A stretch of DNA of 64,000 nucleotides from Narcine bancroftii (lineage: Eukaryota): the NCBI RefSeq assembly GCF_036971445.1, contig NC_091470.1, forward strand, positions 217,372,001 through 217,436,000. Reading direction: 5' to 3'. Position numbers and translations under genes: made by a program. Positions 59,490 through 64,000 of the stretch are shown one piece after another (position 1 is the first letter of the stretch; each line of letters begins with the position of its first letter). The notes under the pieces are model-generated. The model searched no databases. It saw nothing but the letters and a program-made list of their open reading frames with translations, and was not told where the DNA came from.

Positions 59490-60909
59490 ATACCATTCAT
59501 ACAGAGTGCATACCTCATTGGGTTAATTAAAATCTCCCAACTATTACTGCCCGAATATTTAAGCTCATGTCAGAAATTTGCCTACAGATTCACTCTTCTA
59601 TTTCCCTTGAACTTTTTAGATGTAATTTGTATACTTCTGACATAAGATTGTACCTTTATTTTTCTTCTTGTTTAGTTTGCTTTTGTCTTGTGATATTTTA
59701 CTCCTGTGGCTAAGTATTGTAATGTTGATGACCATATGGTGAATCTCAGCTCTCAGAGCAGGGAAATTTTATAAGGTATTTAAATTCATTAAAAATATGC
59801 AAATTTACTCCTTTCTGCCTGGAAAATTACATAATCTGTATGGTTAAAAATACCCTGTCTTAACTGGAGCATTTATTTATCTTTCTCACGTATCATTCCT
59901 TCTCACAGCTTGTATTGTTTCTTCAACCTATATTTTCACCTTCCCTTTTTTCAATCCACCACCTCGTCTGAAGATCCTGAAATGGGGTTATTCAGGGACA
60001 TGCCTGTTTTTCCTTATATCTGGCTCAGGCCAAAACGTTGGTTACAATTGCCTGAATCCGCCTGAGATTGTGTGATCTTGGAAGCTAAACAGGCTCAGGA
60101 CTGGTCAGTACATGGAGGGAAGAGCACTTAGGAATAGCAGGTGCTGTAGGATTCTGTGAGGAGCGTTAGATAAAGTGGTGACTCTCTGTCTGCCTTACGG
60201 TAGACAAAAGTTAAAGAATTTCATGTATCTTACATTCTAAATGTAGTATTTCGTGACAATAATGGAACCTTTACCTTTATTTTTGACCCTTTACTTCCTA
60301 TGGATGTTGTGTGATTTGCTGAGTTTCTCCAGCCCATTTGTGTACTGCATCCCGAAATGGGAAATGTCAAGCTGCCATCCCGCCGCCATCTTGCCTTAAA
60401 ATAAAGTCACTTGCAGTAAAGAGAGTTAGAGAAAAGACAACTGGATGGACCAGTGACATAGATCAGCAATGTTCTTTGGAAAATAGAGACAGCCCAAAGG
60501 GCTAAGTTGTCCCAGGTCCATGAACTAAAACTGATGAATTTCTGGTAGCAACTAGCCAGTTCCATTGAGTAAAACAAGTTCCAATTGTTTTTAATGAATA
60601 AAAAGAAATTGGACAGATCCCTAATTGTGAACAATTTATTCGATGGTACCAGAAGTGTAAATTATATTTAAATTGAGACATACAACGCAGTACCAGGCCC
60701 TTCCGATCCACGAGCCCATGCCACCCAATTCACCCTTGCTTTCTTCTGCTTCCTGTTCCTTGCCCACAATCAATAACTGATGCACATCCAGAATTCTGGC
60801 CGTTTTAGTAGCTGGGCATCAAGCATCTCACAATCTCTGTTGTCTGGTAACGTGCACCAGCAGAAGCAGCTGGTAAATGCTTACTCAGAGGGATCTCTTT
60901 GCTTTGCAG

Positions 60910-61072
60910 GGCCGAGCACCTGTATGTTTTCTTCGTGCAGTGGTCTCCTGACATGTATGGCAGTGAAACTGGAGAGTCATCAAAGGAGCCAAGATTCATG
61001 GTTGCAGCAAGGAATGAGGATTCTGAAGTGAACGAATCTTCCATCAGTGAATCAGCACTAAAACATTGGGAG
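60910..61072 (+). CDS. OXR1: OXR1 internal coding exon (163 nt, phase 2-0), last recognisable exon before the TLDc-proximal exons
   Basis: Acceptor ctttgcAG and donor GAG|GTaagt. Translates AEHLYVFFVQWSPDMYGSETGESSKEPRFMVAARNEDSEVNESSISESALKHWE, in frame. Confidence 0.94.
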
Positions 61073-61634
61073 GTAAGTATTTTCTTGTCCTAGTAGTTTG
61101 GGAAGCTACATTGAAATCCATCTTTTTAAAAAAATTTCTGCATGCTATAATTTTACAATTTCTTGTGCCTGTGCTCGTAATGTTTCATGCTAATTGTCTA
61201 GAAAGTCAAATTGCTTCAAAGTCTATTGTCATTTGGCATTGTTTCTGATTTTGTCACGTTTGTGGTGGCTTTTTACATCATTGTGTTTGCTTTTGTTCTT
61301 TGAATGTTTACGTCTGTAGGTCAATATTTTATTGTTTGCAGAATATGTGGAAATGTTATTCCGTGGGGAGGGAGAGTTTAAAAGATTTAAAATTCTTAAA
61401 AATAACTAACCTGACCCAGTCAGCCATGGACATATAAATATATGCTTGCCTGATTAAAAACAATAGGTTGGTTTAACTGGAGCAGAGCAGGGCTGATGGA
61501 ATCACCTGTTCTGAAGAGACAGGTCAGTGATTTAAATGTGGCCCAGAAGAAAATCTGCAGTTAAGATTAAAGGAAAGTGCCAGTCAGGTGATCCCAGTGA
61601 GTAATGGAGCAACAGCAAGGCACCAAAAATCGAA

Positions 61635-62080
61635 TCCTGAGCCAACATCAAGCTGCTGGAGGAACTTAGCAGATTAGGCAGCATCCATGGGCAGAAATGG
61701 ATGGTCAATGTTTTGGGTTGAGACCATCAATTGAGACTAAAATAAAAAGGGGGTGATATTATGCATTCAAGGTGATAGAGGCTGGGGAGGGGCAGAAAGT
61801 GCAAGGAGGTGAAGATACAGGAAAAGGCAGAGGCCACAGAGGATGGGGAAATTAGAGAGAAAAGTAAGAACTGAAGAGATGGAAAGAGTGGGGTTACCCG
61901 GAATGAGAAAAATTGATGTTTAAGGGTATCTCAGAACAATACAATGTGTTTTCCTCAAGTTTACATTTAACCTTTTATACATTATATCAACGAATTAAAG
62001 CTACATTAAAGCTGAAAAAAAAGTTTACATGTAACCTCACCATGACAAATGATGAGGCTGAGAACAGGCACTGCAGAAAC
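61635..62080 (-). mobile_element. Penelope-like 3' fragment
   Basis: tgctggaggaacttagcag terminus, a purine-rich segment, and antisense CKLEENTLY-like C-terminal peptide. Confidence 0.55.
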
Positions 62081-63765
62081 GGTGAAGAAAATTTAAATGA
62101 TTGCCTTCAGGAAGATCAAGCCTGGACCCACAGGCAGACCTAAATCTAGAAAACCAATGCCAATCTTCTCCTGATGTTATTTTTAAAATTTCCCCTATGA
62201 ACTCCAGGCCATCAGTTGTCTTTGGACAGCCTGCCACCTACCCCAACCCGAGGCTTCATCTCCTGCTGACCCTTCTCAACCTCACTCACTCTCCCTGTGG
62301 CCCCTTCCTTTCCCCAGCTTTTTAATGCACTTCCTGTGAGCAGAGCTGAAGTGAAGCTTTCCATCTGACAGACAATCAGTGTCTCTGTGACTGAGAAAAT
62401 AAGCTTAAAAAGTAATTAAAATATCTTGTAAAAATTTGATCATGACTCTACAAGTCTGAGTTTTGCAGTCCTTGTAAGTTCCACCATCACCCTCAGCTCC
62501 CCATAAATATTGGTGTCTGTGATTGTGTTGTGTTATTACTGCGAACATTGTGTTAGCTTGCAATAGCATCAGGTATTGGTGAAAGATTACAGGTATTTGG
62601 AAGTATGGATTGTTTGCTGCCCTTTGTCTATGCTATTTGGGAGTTGTGTAACATGTTACATTTACCACACATTTACCATATGTAGGTTGTTGCTTGGTGT
62701 AATAGAGAAATGGCTATGGATACTGCCAATCACAGATCCCAAAGGCAGTATTGGGATTCAGTCCAGAAAAATCAATGAAATTGCTGCTTAATTCATGTTT
62801 TCATGTGTGCAAATCCAAGAGTTCAGTTTTTAATGTCAGATAATCTCATCAGATATGTAATGGAACCTTTTTTTTTAAACCTAACATTTATGGGTGTCAA
62901 GTAGGCCCAAGACTGCGTGTTCCCACAATGTGTAAGGGTAACAATAGTTTCTAATGATGGAAACTGATCAAGCTTTTCTCTTGCTTCTACTGCATACTTG
63001 ACGCTGAAACAAGCCATCAGTTGAAGACCTTTAATATTTCATGCCCTGTGATTCCTTTGTCACTTTTGAGTCTTTGATTGTCAATAATCCATGACAGAAT
63101 TCTATTATTTGGAGACTCTGAAGAGCAATCCTCCTGAGGGGAATCCAATAAGGAATCTCCCGAAAACAGGTATCAACTAAGTATTTAAAGAGCCCATTTT
63201 TTTTGTTGTTAGTACAGTATGTGCTCAGGGATCTCCAAAATATTCACAGCATGCATGGATGTTCGAGAAGCTGGTTGTACTGGGGAGGACGTGGTGAATG
63301 CAGAGTTTGATTAGATGCTCTTTGGGAGTTTAGATTTAGTTTTTATTTTAGCTTAGTAAGCAATGGTCTTCCTTTATCTTGTGAGGTTGAGCGTAAACTC
63401 AGAAAGGGGAAGGACCCTGACCTTGAGTCATTCCTACCTCTTGCATATGATATGTTAGCTCGTGCTTATATTTTATTTAGCTCTTTGTCCAATTCTACAG
63501 TTCTTTGGTGTTTTCCATGGATGTTTTTAGTGACAAATGTGTCCAGGGAACTCCAGGAACTGCAGAACTTTTGAGTTCTCCTCACATCCTGTTCATTTGT
63601 GCACTGGACAATAAGCATCAGCCATGAAGAAAAAATCGAGCTGCTGAAGGGAATAGATGGGTTTGTTAGAAGGGTGGAGAGGTGGGCTTGCTTTGAGCAA
63701 GAGCCCAAACTGGCTCAGTATTCTCAGGATCTTGGCAAAGACCAATAAGTGAAATATCTGCATGC

Positions 63766-64000
63766 TGTTATGAGCCCAGAGGACCCCAAAATCCAGCAGC
63801 AATAGATATTCACCATGACAAATGGTTTCTTAAATAAAAGTTGCTTTTAATTATTTAAGTATGAAAATAGAATCAAACTTTAACTTATCTCTATTGACTT
63901 ACTTAACCCCCTTCTAATTCTAAGCACACGTGTATGTAATGTGTGTGTAAATTCAGAAAAGTTCTTTGGTTCACAGTTCCAATCTCATTTCTCCAAGTTC
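63766..64000 (-). mobile_element. LTR of the same family as 53816-55190, cut by the window edge
   Basis: tgttatgagcccagaggaccccaaaa...gcaatagatatt aligns with 53816 onward. Confidence 0.85.

Noticed and set aside
4288-61072. NCOA7 as the gene identity
   Set aside because: The diagnostic motifs (EEEEAFTEKFLKI, YGIMCPMEE, DSKIKESLP, SEDVFTESELSPIREE) fit OXR1 as I recall the paralogs; a BLAST would confirm.
53816-64000. Two same-family LTRs as the ends of one provirus
   Set aside because: The first has its own TSD-like flanks, the copies differ by indels, and the interval holds an OXR1 exon and no gag/pol.
61073-64000. OXR1 alternative cassette exon or short TLDc-isoform first exon
   Set aside because: I found no matching peptide with splice sites; they probably lie downstream of the window.

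Overview
This is vertebrate genomic DNA, very probably from a cartilaginous fish (shark or ray), judged from HE1/V-SINE-type SINEs and the CR1, Rex1 and Penelope repeat landscape. The only host gene is an internal part of OXR1 (oxidation resistance 1, TLDc family) on the + strand. Five GT-AG exons (4288-4440, 34223-34407, 40031-40800, 44780-44948, 60910-61072) splice in frame to 1440 nt (480 codons); the N-terminal LysM and C-terminal TLDc exons lie outside the window. The introns are dense with nested mobile elements: many CR1 fragments, Rex1/Babar, L1-like and Penelope-like fragments, V-SINEs, six young RTE-clade LINE copies, an internally deleted Gypsy element with both LTRs, solo LTRs and DNA-transposon MITEs. 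I found no CRISPR array and no convincing new protein-coding system. The most interesting signals are mechanistic: a twin-priming-type 5' inversion in an RTE LINE, degenerate hammerhead-ribozyme motifs in Penelope-like termini, a TG..CA foldback element, a composite hAT MITE and a locally templated insertion inside a solo LTR. Family calls come from motif recognition by eye with no database search, and boundaries of old repeats are approximate.
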